Shown here: in pieces, positions 1-9,073 of the stretch | Layout of the letters: each line of letters opens with the position of its first letter | Position numbering within the stretch: the first letter of the stretch is position 1 | Assembly (NCBI GenBank): GCA_024404025.1 | Contig: JAKSQP010000013.1 | Coordinates: forward strand, 6,258-70,257 | Origin: Clostridia bacterium | GTDB lineage: Bacteria > Bacillota > Clostridia > Oscillospirales > Acutalibacteraceae | DNA: 64,000 nucleotides | Direction: 5' to 3' | Translations under genes and position numbers: made by a program | The notes under the pieces: generated by a model | Database searches by the model: none | Told to the model about the DNA's origin: nothing | The model's input: the letters and a program-made list of their open reading frames with translations, nothing else

Positions 1-1594
1 ATGCAGCGCAGATAAACGGCTTAATGAAAATTGATGTCCAGTCAATCCTGACCTTTGTGAGCGTAATAAGGCGGAAGAAATTGATTCCGACAATAACGGC
101 ATAGAAAAGAACCGTTCCGATAACTGCGCCATAAACATTTAATCTGTAATTGCCGACGAGAATAAAGTTTGCAGCTATCTTCACAACGGCGCCGATGCAG
201 ACGGTCTTTGCGGGGATATCCGTTCTGCCGATTGCCTGAAGCATATTTGTTATCGGCGTTGAAACGCCCATAAGGAAGGTTGCATAGCCGTAAGCCGCCA
301 TAACGGGAGCGGCAACCGAAATTGCATCGGAGCTTTCTCCTCTGCCGTAAATGATCGTCAGAATGGGAGTTGCCATAACCGCCATTCCGATGCCTGCGGG
401 GAACGCAATAAGCATCGCAATGCGAAGAACTGTTTCGATCGTTGATTTGATTTCCTCTTTGTTCTTAACAGCCCATGCGGTTGTGAGAGCCGGAATGGCG
501 CTCAAACCAAGCTGAACGGTGATCATCGGAACAAGGGTCTTGAAATCAAGAGCCATTCCGTATGAACCCCAAAGATAGGTTGCGACCTTTGCCTTGTCGC
601 TCAGGTCAAGTCTTTCCATCTTCGAAGCAAGAGAGAAAGCGTTTCTGAACATATTCACGATATAGTCAAATCCGGCATCGGTGCTCAGAGCCGCCTTGAG
701 TCTTACCTGAATCGTTGCAACATCTATGAGATTCGTGAGGTTAAGCACAAGTGCACTGATAATCATCGGAATGGCGATCATTATCATATTCTTTGCGATA
801 ACATTGCCCTGCGGCGGAACGGGAGAGGAGGCAAGCTGCTCTTTTGTAAATCCATCGCCCTTTATGCGGTGATAAATCGAAAGAAAAGCCGTGCTTGCAA
901 CCGAACCGAGAGTAACGCCGAAAACAGCACCCGCTGCCGCCCAGGGAGCGATTGCACCCTTTGCTTCCGTCATATTTTTGACCGCCGTGCCGAAAACAAC
1001 GGCAGATGTATCTCCGCTCGCCGCCATGCCGGATGAAAACTGCGAAAGGCCGATATTTTCAATGATTTTAACAAGAATAAGTCCGAAGCAGAGCTTGCCG
1101 AGAGCTTCAATAACCTGCGAAATGCCCGTAGGCATCATGTTGCGCAGTCCCTCGTAATAGCCTCTGTATGAGGACATATAGTAGCAGAAGAAAATCGACG
1201 GAGCAATGCAGAGGATGGCATAAAGGCTCATGAAATCCGTTGCGATGAATCTTGCATAGGGATAAGCAATGATAAACATAAGCAGCATTCCCGCAACGCC
1301 TATCATAAAGAATATCCTTTTTGAAACACGGTAAGTAAGCCTTGCCTCACGGTAATTTCCCTTTGCAACAGCCTCGGCAACCATTCTTAAAACGGCAACC
1401 GAAACACCGGACATTGCAATTGAGAAAATCGGCGTATAAACATTATATGCCGTGTCAAAACAGCCTCTGCCGACCGTGCCGAGAATATTGCCGAGCGGCA
1501 TTTTATAAAGAGCGCCGATTATCTTAACGATAACCGTTGAAGCAACAAGTATCGCCGCTCCGTTAAGCATTGTCTTTTTGCTTTGATTCTTCAA
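1..1594 (-). CDS. Polysaccharide biosynthesis / lipid II flippase-like membrane protein (SpoVB/YtgP/MurJ-like, MOP superfamily); 3' end runs off the window
   Basis: Hand translation of the minus strand from TTG 1594 gives MKNQSKKTMLNGAAILVASTVIVKIIGALYKMPLGNILG...AYNVY, a typical SpoVB/YtgP N-terminus followed by many TM helices. It is missing from the ORF track, probably because its stop lies beyond the edge. Confidence 0.85.
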   Translation of the reverse strand, partial: MKNQSKKTMLNGAAILVASTVIVKIIGALYKMPLGNILGTVGRGCFDTAYNVYTPIFSIAMSGVSVAVLRMVAEAVAKGNYREARLTYRVSKRIFFMIGVAGMLLMFIIAYPYARFIATDFMSLYAILCIAPSIFFCYYMSSYRGYYEGLRNMMPTGISQVIEALGKLCFGLILVKIIENIGLSQFSSGMAASGDTSAVVFGTAVKNMTEAKGAIAPWAAAGAVFGVTLGSVASTAFLSIYHRIKGDGFTKEQLASSPVPPQGNVIAKNMIMIAIPMIISALVLNLTNLIDVATIQVRLKAALSTDAGFDYIVNMFRNAFSLASKMERLDLSDKAKVATYLWGSYGMALDFKTLVPMITVQLGLSAIPALTTAWAVKNKEEIKSTIETVLRIAMLIAFPAGIGMAVMATPILTIIYGRGESSDAISVAAPVMAAYGYATFLMGVSTPITNMLQAIGRTDIPAKTVCIGAVVKIAANFILVGNYRLNVYGAVIGTVLFYAVIVGINFFRLITLTKVRIDWTSIFIKPFICAA

Positions 1595-1788
1595 GAAATT
1601 TCACTCTCCCGGATATATTTTTACTTCTTTTATTATAAAAATACAGAATTTTATTACATACTGATATATGATAGCACAGAGAAGAAAATTTTTCAAGCAA
1701 TATTCGGAAATCGTAATTTTTTAAAAATTTCAAAGCGGATTTTCCGCCTTAACATGCTTCGTCTTATATGTTTATGCTTTCTCATTTA

Positions 1789-1816
1789 TTGACATATCGA
1801 ATTAAAATGTTATAAT
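1789..1816 (+). promoter_or_regulatory. sigmaA-type promoter for the GNAT gene
   Basis: TTGACA (1789-1794), 16-nt spacer, TGt-TATAAT (1808-1816). Confidence 0.8.
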
Positions 1817-1849
1817 TATTTCAGCGGTCATCCGCAAATAATTTTTTTC

Positions 1850-1930
1850 AGGAGAGTGCTTTTTGAAGTACAACACATCAGAGTCGGTCTGCTGACGGGA
1901 GGTCGGCAGACAAAGACGCCTCCCGCTTTG
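1850..1930 (+). promoter_or_regulatory. Putative attenuator leader with a short uORF and mutually exclusive hairpins
   Basis: AGGAG then TTG 1863 gives MKYNTSESVC* (stop 1893-1895). Hairpin A is 1887-1896/1902-1911 and hairpin B is 1896-1902/1919-1925; they overlap. Confidence 0.45.
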
Positions 1931-1957
1931 AAGTCAACAATATCAGGAGGTTAAATA

Positions 1958-2584
1958 ATGAAAACAAATGACTTGAAAATCCGTTCGGAAAAAGTCGAAG
2001 ACATCGGCACAGTTGATAATCTTATCAGAGAAAGCTTTTGGAATGTTTACCGCCCGGGGTGCCTTGAGCATTATGTTATGCACTGCATGAGAAAGCATCC
2101 CGATTTTATGCCGCAGCTCTGCTTCGTTATGGAAAAGGGCGGCGAAATCATCGGGCAAAATATTTTCTGGAAAGCGGAAATCACATCGGATGACGGCAGA
2201 ATCATCCCGATAATGACTATGGGACCTATCTGCATCAGAAACGACCTTAAGAGAAAAGGATTCGGAAAAATCCTGCTTGATTTTACGCTTGAAAAGGCAA
2301 AGGAAGCCGGCGCAGGCGCAGTCTGCTTTGAAGGGAACATTGATTTCTACGGCAAAAGCGGCTTCACCTATGCCTCCGGATTCGGCATTCGCTATCACGG
2401 ACTTCCCGAGGGCGAGGATTCATCATTCTTTCTCTGCAAGGAGCTGATTCCCGGTTATCTCAACGGGATCACCGGCGAATACTCAACTCCGAAGGTCTAT
2501 CTCGTCAACAAAGACGAAGCGGAGGAATTCGACAAAAAATTTCCGAAAGCGGAAAAGCTGAAGCTTCCCGGTCAGCTTGAATAA
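1958..2584 (+). CDS. GNAT family N-acetyltransferase (YhbS-like)
   Basis: 208 aa with MGPICI..DLKRKGFGK..L motif A and 'EGNIDFYGKSGF'; strong RBS AGGAGG. Confidence 0.9.
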   Translation: MKTNDLKIRSEKVEDIGTVDNLIRESFWNVYRPGCLEHYVMHCMRKHPDFMPQLCFVMEKGGEIIGQNIFWKAEITSDDGRIIPIMTMGPICIRNDLKRKGFGKILLDFTLEKAKEAGAGAVCFEGNIDFYGKSGFTYASGFGIRYHGLPEGEDSSFFLCKELIPGYLNGITGEYSTPKVYLVNKDEAEEFDKKFPKAEKLKLPGQLE

Positions 2585-2709
2585 TCCGGAAAGAAAAAGT
2601 CTTCCCCGGGGCTATGCTTCGGGGAAGCAGAATATAACAGTTTATGAGAATTTGAGCCGTGCGGGCGAAAATGTTGAAATTTCCATGCAAGCGGTCAGAG
2701 CAGTACTCC

Positions 2710-2791
2710 GTAGGGCACGGATTCATCCGTGCCCTACTGCGGTAATAAGATTGCTGAATTTTTTCACGGCAAGCATGAATGCTTGCCCTAC
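2710..2791. repeat. Inverted doublet of GTAG-flanked REP-like palindromes
   Basis: GTAG-GGCACGGAT-TC-ATCCGTGCC-CTAC (2710-2737) and, on the minus strand, GTAG-GGCAAGCAT-TC-ATGCTTGCC (2791-2768). Confidence 0.65.
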
Positions 2792-2885
2792 GATTTCACC
2801 TTCATTTTTCACGCCAACCGCAAATCTCTTCGGATTCATCATTATCATTGAAATCTGCGTTTCCAAATTCACACGGAGAATAATT

Positions 2886-4196
2886 ATGCTTGAGAACATC
2901 AAAGAATACAACTGCCGCTGCGGAAAGGAACATATTTTTTCTGCCGAAATCTATTCGGGAAGCGGCAAGATCAGCGAGCTTGAAAATATTCTGATTTCCG
3001 AAAATATCAAAAAAGTTTTTCTGCTTGCCGATAAAAACACCTTTGCCGCTGCCGGAAAGCCCGTTTCCGGAATTCTCGAAAAATGCGGAGTTCAGATAAA
3101 CAGCTTCGTTTTCGATTCCGCTCATGTTGAGCCTGACGAAACGAACACGGGCCTTGCGCTGATGCACTATGCCGACTGCGATATGGTCATCGGCATCGGT
3201 TCGGGCGTTATCAACGACATCGGCAAAATCATTTCAAACACGGCGAACAAACTTTACTGCATTGTTGCAACCGCCCCCTCGATGGACGGCTATGCTTCAT
3301 CTTCATCGTCAATGACAAGAAACGGTCTTAAAATTTCGCTTCCGAGCAAATGCCCGGATATTATCATCGGCGACACGGATATTCTCCGCAAAGCTCCCGA
3401 AAGAATGCTCGTTTCGGGCATAGGCGACATAATCGCAAAATACATTGCTCTCTGCGACTGGAGAATTTCCGCTCTCATAAACGGCGAATATTTCTGCGAA
3501 GACATTGCGTTGCTCGTGAGAAAAGCAATCAAATGCTGCGTTGAAAATGCCGACGGACTTCTGAAAAGAGAAAAAGCCGCCGTTGAAGCGGTTTTTGAAG
3601 GACTTATTATCAGCGGCATGGCGATGAATCTTGCCGGATGTTCAAGACCCGCTTCGGGAATTGAGCATTATTTTTCACATCTCTGGGATATGCGCAGCGT
3701 TGAGTTCGGCACTCCATGCGATTTTCACGGAATTCAATGCGGACTTGCTTCCCTTATTTCCGCAAAAGCATATATGAAACTGAAAACAACCGTTCCCGAC
3801 AGAGAAAAGGCTATTGAAAATGCAGAAAATTTCAGCCTTGACGAATGGAATGAAACTCTGCGTGAATTTCTCAGCAGGGGAGCAGAGGCAATGATCCTGC
3901 TTGAAAAGAAAGAAAAAAAATATGACCTTTCTTCCCACAGAATCAGACTTGAAAAAATCATTTCGCATTGGGATGAAATCCTGAAAATCATTGATGAAGA
4001 AATCCCGCCGCTTGAAGAGCTTTATTCTCTTGCCGAAAAGATCCATCTGCCGGTTATTCCCGAAGAAATCGGAATCAGCTCCGATATTCTTCCGCTCACA
4101 TTCAAAGCAACGGCAGACATCCGTGATAAATACATTCTTTCCCGCCTTTGCCGTGACCTCGGCATAACAGACGAAATAACGGAGGCTATTCTATGA
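2886..4196 (+). CDS. egsA: sn-glycerol-1-phosphate dehydrogenase (AraM/EgsA family)
   Basis: GIGSGVINDIGK, TAPSMDGYAS and SRPASGIEHYFSHLWDM motifs. Start moved from the track's 2577 to ATG 2886 (RBS GGAG; MLENIKEYNCRCGKEH). Confidence 0.85.
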   Translation: MLENIKEYNCRCGKEHIFSAEIYSGSGKISELENILISENIKKVFLLADKNTFAAAGKPVSGILEKCGVQINSFVFDSAHVEPDETNTGLALMHYADCDMVIGIGSGVINDIGKIISNTANKLYCIVATAPSMDGYASSSSSMTRNGLKISLPSKCPDIIIGDTDILRKAPERMLVSGIGDIIAKYIALCDWRISALINGEYFCEDIALLVRKAIKCCVENADGLLKREKAAVEAVFEGLIISGMAMNLAGCSRPASGIEHYFSHLWDMRSVEFGTPCDFHGIQCGLASLISAKAYMKLKTTVPDREKAIENAENFSLDEWNETLREFLSRGAEAMILLEKKEKKYDLSSHRIRLEKIISHWDEILKIIDEEIPPLEELYSLAEKIHLPVIPEEIGISSDILPLTFKATADIRDKYILSRLCRDLGITDEITEAIL

Positions 4197-5521
4197 AAAA
4201 TATCTGCGATTTTATGATAATCCAGCGTGATGCAGACGGTTTCGGCAGAGGAACATTTGCAGGCGTTTATGATATTGAAGAAAATCAGACCGTTGCCGCA
4301 AGGGTCTGCCGTGAGGATGACAATGCGGTCATAATCGACTGGATCGAATGCGATGTCAACGGAAAAGAATGGAAAATAAATCTTGAAATTCCGCAGGGCG
4401 GACTTTATCGCATAGAGGCACGGATTATCGCTTCTCCGTTCATTTCCTATGAAAACAGATATGATTGGTGCAAGCTTATTGCAATGGCGCAGCATATCGG
4501 AGTGGGCGAAATTTTCGTTGCCGCAGGCCAAAGCAATATGTCCGGCTACGGCAGAGATTCCGCTTATGATCCTGCGCAGCTCGGAGTTCATCTTTTTGAC
4601 AACAGCGGCAACTGGGTCATAGCCGCCCATCCGCTCAATTCATCCGTGAATCCCGTATATATCAACGATGACGGTGCTTCCGGCACTTCCCCTGCCCTTT
4701 CATTTGCAAAAACAATGGCAAGAAAGCTTTCGCTCCCCATAGGCATTGTTATGGCAGCAAAAGGCGGCTCCTCGCTCGAATGGTGGAACCCCGCCGACGA
4801 AGACCCTTATCTTTTTGTCAACTTAAAAAAGAAGCTTGAAGAAACCGGAAAATTTGCCGGAATGATATGGTTCCAGGGCTGCAACGAAACAAACGAAGAA
4901 GAAGCATATAATTATCTTGAAAAATTTCAGCAGGCAGTCGGTCTGTGGCGGAAGGAATTCGGCCATTTCCCGATTGCTCTCTGCCAGATAAACCGCCACG
5001 CTTCAAAGTCGCAGGAGGCAGACCGCTTCTGGGGACTTGTTCGTGAAGCGCAGCGCCGTTCGGGAATGACGATAAAGGATGTTTTTGTTGTGCCGACAAT
5101 TGATATGTATACCTGCGACGGAATCCATAACGGAAGCGGCGCAAACATTATAGTCGGCGAACGCCTTGCCGGAGCGATGCTTCACGGCGCTTACGGTATG
5201 CCCGGCTCATCTGCGCCGAATATAAAAATAATCAGAAAGCTTGACAGCAGAACGGTTCTTCTTGAATTTGCAGAAAAGCAGAGCATCCGCACAATGGATG
5301 ATCTCGCAAGCGGAATGAACATTGAAGACGAAAACGGTATGATGAAATGCACAAAGGTTTCAATCTGCGGCGAGGGCGCAAAGGTCACCGCCGAAAGAGA
5401 AATCATCGGCAAAGCTGTTTTCCACGCATATTGGGAAAGAGAAGTGCCTGCGTTTTTCATTCGTGATAACTACGGAATGCCAATGCTTGCGTGCTACGGC
5501 GTTGAAATAGAATCAATATAA
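4193..5521 (+). CDS. Sialate O-acetylesterase / CE6-like SGNH carbohydrate esterase (SASA domain)
   Basis: AAGQSNMSG, WFQGCNE and DGIH motifs; ATGA overlap with the upstream gene. Confidence 0.85.
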   Translation: MKNICDFMIIQRDADGFGRGTFAGVYDIEENQTVAARVCREDDNAVIIDWIECDVNGKEWKINLEIPQGGLYRIEARIIASPFISYENRYDWCKLIAMAQHIGVGEIFVAAGQSNMSGYGRDSAYDPAQLGVHLFDNSGNWVIAAHPLNSSVNPVYINDDGASGTSPALSFAKTMARKLSLPIGIVMAAKGGSSLEWWNPADEDPYLFVNLKKKLEETGKFAGMIWFQGCNETNEEEAYNYLEKFQQAVGLWRKEFGHFPIALCQINRHASKSQEADRFWGLVREAQRRSGMTIKDVFVVPTIDMYTCDGIHNGSGANIIVGERLAGAMLHGAYGMPGSSAPNIKIIRKLDSRTVLLEFAEKQSIRTMDDLASGMNIEDENGMMKCTKVSICGEGAKVTAEREIIGKAVFHAYWEREVPAFFIRDNYGMPMLACYGVEIESI

Positions 5522-5537
5522 AACCCGGAGAAAAATT

Positions 5538-6497
5538 ATGAGTTACAAAAAAATCGTTATAGCCGGCGGCGGTGTCCTCGGCAGCCAGATTGCATTTCAG
5601 ACAGCATATTGCGGCTTTGATGTTACAATATGGCTTCGTTCGGAAGGCTCTGCCGGACGCACTCAACCGAAGCTTGATAAGCTCAAAGAAACCTATCTGA
5701 ATGCAATTGAAGAAATGGAAAAAGATCCGAAAGCCTGGTGCGCCGGAATCGCAGACAGCGATAATTTCAATAAAGAAGAATGCCTTGCAAAAACGAATGC
5801 GGCTTATGAGAGCATCAAGCTTGAAACCGATCTTGCAAAAGCCTGCGTGGATGCCGACCTGGTAATCGAATCCATGGCTGAAAATGCAGACGATAAAACT
5901 GCTTTTTATAAAAAGCTTGCGGGAGTTCTGCCCGAGAAGACCGTTATCGTAACCAATTCATCAACCCTGCTCCCCTCGCAGTTTGCAAAAGCTACGGGCA
6001 GACCCGAAAAATATCTTGCGCTGCATTTTGCAAATTCAATATGGAAAAACAACACAGCAGAAATCATGGCTCATGATCTGACCGAAAAGAAATATTTTGA
6101 CGAAATTGCGGAATTTGCAAACGAAATACGCATGATCGGTCTTCCCGTCAACAAGGAAAAAAGCGGCTACCTGCTCAATTCCATGCTTGTTCCGTTCCTG
6201 CTCAGCGGACTTGATCTCTATGTTTCCGGCGTTTCAGACCCCGAAAGCATTGACACCGCCTGGACAAGAGGTACCGGCGCTCCGAAGGGACCTTTTCAGA
6301 TTTTCGACACCGTCGGACTGACAACCACCTACAACATCGTTATGCAGTATCAGAAGGTTCCCGGACTTTTAAGCCCTCTGCTCAAAAAAATGATGCTTCC
6401 GTATAATTTCAAGAAAATGGAAGCTGTTCTCAAAAAATATATTGATGAGGGCAAGCTCGGAATTTCTTCCGGCGAAGGGTTCTATAAATATAAATAA
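5538..6497 (+). CDS. 3-hydroxyacyl-CoA dehydrogenase
   Basis: IAGGGVLGSQIA Rossmann motif, DLVIESMAE, TNSSTL, LHFAN, GYLLNS and 'GPFQIFDTVGL'. Confidence 0.9.
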   Translation: MSYKKIVIAGGGVLGSQIAFQTAYCGFDVTIWLRSEGSAGRTQPKLDKLKETYLNAIEEMEKDPKAWCAGIADSDNFNKEECLAKTNAAYESIKLETDLAKACVDADLVIESMAENADDKTAFYKKLAGVLPEKTVIVTNSSTLLPSQFAKATGRPEKYLALHFANSIWKNNTAEIMAHDLTEKKYFDEIAEFANEIRMIGLPVNKEKSGYLLNSMLVPFLLSGLDLYVSGVSDPESIDTAWTRGTGAPKGPFQIFDTVGLTTTYNIVMQYQKVPGLLSPLLKKMMLPYNFKKMEAVLKKYIDEGKLGISSGEGFYKYK

Positions 6498-6520
6498 AAT
6501 TCGTGAAAAGGAGAAGCATA

Positions 6521-7060
6521 ATGGCTGATAGTAACCTGAATCGGATATTGTCAAAAATATTCAAAAAGAATAAAGGCAAAAAAATCTCAATTTCATCGGT
6601 TGTTGTTCTCATTATAATTGCTGCGCTTTATTTTTCTCCTCTCGGCGATAGCCTCAAGAACGAAACCATTGAGCCGTCATCCGGCATTACGCAGACATCA
6701 GTTTATGAGAAAACAGATTCTCATAATGAAACCGAAGCCTATGTCACAATTTTCAGCGGCTATGAAGGCACTTCTTATTATTCAACGGAATCCGCTTATA
6801 CATACGAGTTCCGCAATCGCAAACGCCTCAATGAGCATTTTGAAAAGCACGGCGCAGAGGTCGGAGCTTCCTCGGCGGATGAATACGAAAAGATGGCTTC
6901 TGCCGTTGTTACAAATTCAAATTCGCTCCATAAAACCGAAGCCGAAGACGGCGACGATGTTTATTTTCTGAAATCAACCGGCGAATTCGTTATCGTTTCG
7001 CCCGACGGCTATCTGCGCACTTATTACATTGCAGATTATGATTATTTCAACAGACAGTGA
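6521..7060 (+). CDS. Membrane-anchored protein with a C-terminal toxin-like (colicin D/BECR-type) domain
   Basis: Basic N-terminus, one TM helix (ISSVVVLIIIAALYF), S/T-rich linker, then HFEKHGAEVG...EY...GEFVIVSPDGYLRTYY. RBS AAGGAG precedes ATG 6521. Confidence 0.7.
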   Translation: MADSNLNRILSKIFKKNKGKKISISSVVVLIIIAALYFSPLGDSLKNETIEPSSGITQTSVYEKTDSHNETEAYVTIFSGYEGTSYYSTESAYTYEFRNRKRLNEHFEKHGAEVGASSADEYEKMASAVVTNSNSLHKTEAEDGDDVYFLKSTGEFVIVSPDGYLRTYYIADYDYFNRQ

Positions 7061-7076
7061 ATGATTTCAAACCGAA

Positions 7077-7120
7077 AAACGGCTGACAGCCCGCTCCCGG
7101 ACCGTCAGCCGTTTCTTTTT
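7077..7120. terminator. Bidirectional intrinsic terminator between convergent genes
   Basis: AAACGGCTGAC (7077-7087) / GTCAGCCGTTT (7104-7114) followed by CTTTTT. Confidence 0.8.
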
Positions 7121-9062
7121 ATTCAATTGAAATCATCTGGTGGCATTCAACCTTCGGAACGGTAAACGAAACTCTGCCGTTTTCATAACCGAAAGCGATT
7201 TCTTCATTCTGCGGCACAAGGATGACCTTTGCGGGTTTTTCGCACTTAACCTTAACATCAACATCATAAAGCGGAACGATGTCCTCAATGACCTCCGTGT
7301 CCCTGCCTCTCTTTGTTGTGTGAGCATAGAGAAGATGAACTATCTTTCTCTCTCCCTGCTGAAGAAGCGAAACTATTCCTCTGTCCGGCAGAGAAGCCGA
7401 AACCGTAAAATCATCCTTCATGAGAAGCTCAATTGCCTTGCCGATAAGCTCCTTGATGTGAAAATCTCCGAATTCAGCATATCCGCTGAAAATATTCCAG
7501 CCGATATAGGCGATATTGCCTTTGATGACTGCGGCGGGATAATCATAAGCTTCGTTGTTGGGAGCATGCTGATGAGAGCAGAAATGATGAGCCGTTCTGT
7601 TGAAATACGGATCCTGACCCATTGCTATAACCTGCGCATCAATGTTTTCGATTCTGTGGGAATCGGCTCTCATAAGATAAGCTGTTGTTCCGTTGACCGT
7701 TTCAAATCCGGGTATCTCATAGGTCGGGGAGAATTCGTTTCTGCCGATATATTTTATGCCGACATCAACTGCAAATTCGTTGTTTTCGTCAAGTCCCGAA
7801 ATGCCCGAAAGAAGCAGTCTGCCGCCGCCGGCAAGATATTTTTCGATTTTTGCTTTGAGTTTTTCATCGAATTTATGAAAATCCGGAAGAATGAGAAGTT
7901 TATATTTTGAGAAATCCTCGTCAATATCAATCGCATTGTAAAGGCGCTTGGTTTCAAGCAGAATTCTGTTTGCGCCGACATCCGCCTGCTCCGCTTCCTT
8001 TCCGAATTCGCTTTTAAGAGGCTCTGCACATAGAACGCCTATATCCGGCAGATATTTTGCGCCTTTGCACCAGGGTTCTTTTTCTTCAACCTCTTTATAT
8101 GCCGCTCCGATAAGCAAAAATGTTGAGCGGTTGAGCTGACCGTCAGGGTGCATCTGGTCACCTATTGAACATCCGCCGCCCATTGCAAGAGAAAGAGCGG
8201 TTTCATATCTCAATGCGTTCGGATGCTTGAATCCGCCGAATTCGCCCCAGGTTTTGTGAAATTTTCCCGTCATTCCGAGGAAATTTTCACGCTGCGTTCT
8301 CGCATAGGAAGCCGAAAGCGGAAAATGGTCATATCCCCAACCGCCCGTCGGCAGACTTTCAAGCTCCAGATGGCTCATTGAACTGATGAGATCTCTTCTG
8401 CCCTTTGAAAGATGACCCGAATTGTGAAAAATGACCGTGTCCGGATCATATTTTCTGATGAGCGCTTCAACCTTGTCACGGTAGTTTTTATAAACAAGTT
8501 TTCCGAATTCCGCAGCATCATCGTCATTCATAAAATCATAGCCGAGCCTTGTCATATCCGCGCGGCATTTTGAACACCAGCAGGTTCTTTCAGCAAGAAT
8601 ATCAAGGAAAATTTCGCAGGGATGATATTTCTGCATAACCTCTTCAATTTCCGCAAGAAGCTTATCAAGATAACCTGTATTGAGGCACAAAAGATGATAT
8701 CCGGGCTTGAGGAAGCTTCCGCAGCCGCCCTCTTTGTTTCTTGCGATCCATTCGGGATGAGCATTGGCATCTTTTTCATCAAGACCTGCGGAAATATAGA
8801 CCGGAGCTTTAACTCCGATTTCCCTGCAGGCTTCAAGCTGGGCACCGAGCAGGTCAAACTTCAGACCCGGGTGCATTTCGTTGACCTCGGACGGATGATA
8901 AGAATATCCGTGATGGCATTTTGAAAATACCGTTATCGAATCAACATGGCCGAGCTTAAGCATCTCCTGCCATTCTTTTTTGTTGAATTTTTCGCCTATG
9001 CCGTCAATTGCAGGCGAAGTGTGAAAATCAAGGTGTACCTGCCTTAATCTGAAATCATTCAT
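7119..9062 (-). CDS. GH151-like alpha-L-fucosidase (GHL6 catalytic domain plus beta-galactosidase trimerisation-like domain)
   Basis: RQVHLDFHTSP...DSITVFSKCHHGYSYHP, HLELESLPTGGWGY and GMTGKFHKTWGEFGGFK motifs. Confidence 0.8.
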   Translation of the reverse strand: MNDFRLRQVHLDFHTSPAIDGIGEKFNKKEWQEMLKLGHVDSITVFSKCHHGYSYHPSEVNEMHPGLKFDLLGAQLEACREIGVKAPVYISAGLDEKDANAHPEWIARNKEGGCGSFLKPGYHLLCLNTGYLDKLLAEIEEVMQKYHPCEIFLDILAERTCWCSKCRADMTRLGYDFMNDDDAAEFGKLVYKNYRDKVEALIRKYDPDTVIFHNSGHLSKGRRDLISSMSHLELESLPTGGWGYDHFPLSASYARTQRENFLGMTGKFHKTWGEFGGFKHPNALRYETALSLAMGGGCSIGDQMHPDGQLNRSTFLLIGAAYKEVEEKEPWCKGAKYLPDIGVLCAEPLKSEFGKEAEQADVGANRILLETKRLYNAIDIDEDFSKYKLLILPDFHKFDEKLKAKIEKYLAGGGRLLLSGISGLDENNEFAVDVGIKYIGRNEFSPTYEIPGFETVNGTTAYLMRADSHRIENIDAQVIAMGQDPYFNRTAHHFCSHQHAPNNEAYDYPAAVIKGNIAYIGWNIFSGYAEFGDFHIKELIGKAIELLMKDDFTVSASLPDRGIVSLLQQGERKIVHLLYAHTTKRGRDTEVIEDIVPLYDVDVKVKCEKPAKVILVPQNEEIAFGYENGRVSFTVPKVECHQMISIE

Positions 9063-9073
9063 CTTAATTCCCC

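Noticed and set aside
2601-2627. Hairpin CTTCCCCG/CGGGGAAG as the GNAT terminator
   Set aside because: The U-tract is on the minus-strand side only, so a plus-strand terminator call is not supported.
2577-2885. N-terminal extensions in the ORF track (egsA from 2577; also htpG from 13653, obgE to 26589, ecfT from 35022, truA from 35876, LCP from 43743)
   Set aside because: They run through hairpins, REP-like repeats, operators or the upstream gene; downstream ATGs have proper SD sequences and match family N-termini.
7140-7910. 256-aa plus-strand ORF and other long shadow ORFs (13902-14591, 19935-20588, 20260-21060, 22151-22822, 33429-34034, 40177-40878)
   Set aside because: All lie antisense to well-supported genes, have no motifs or RBS, and are expected from codon bias.
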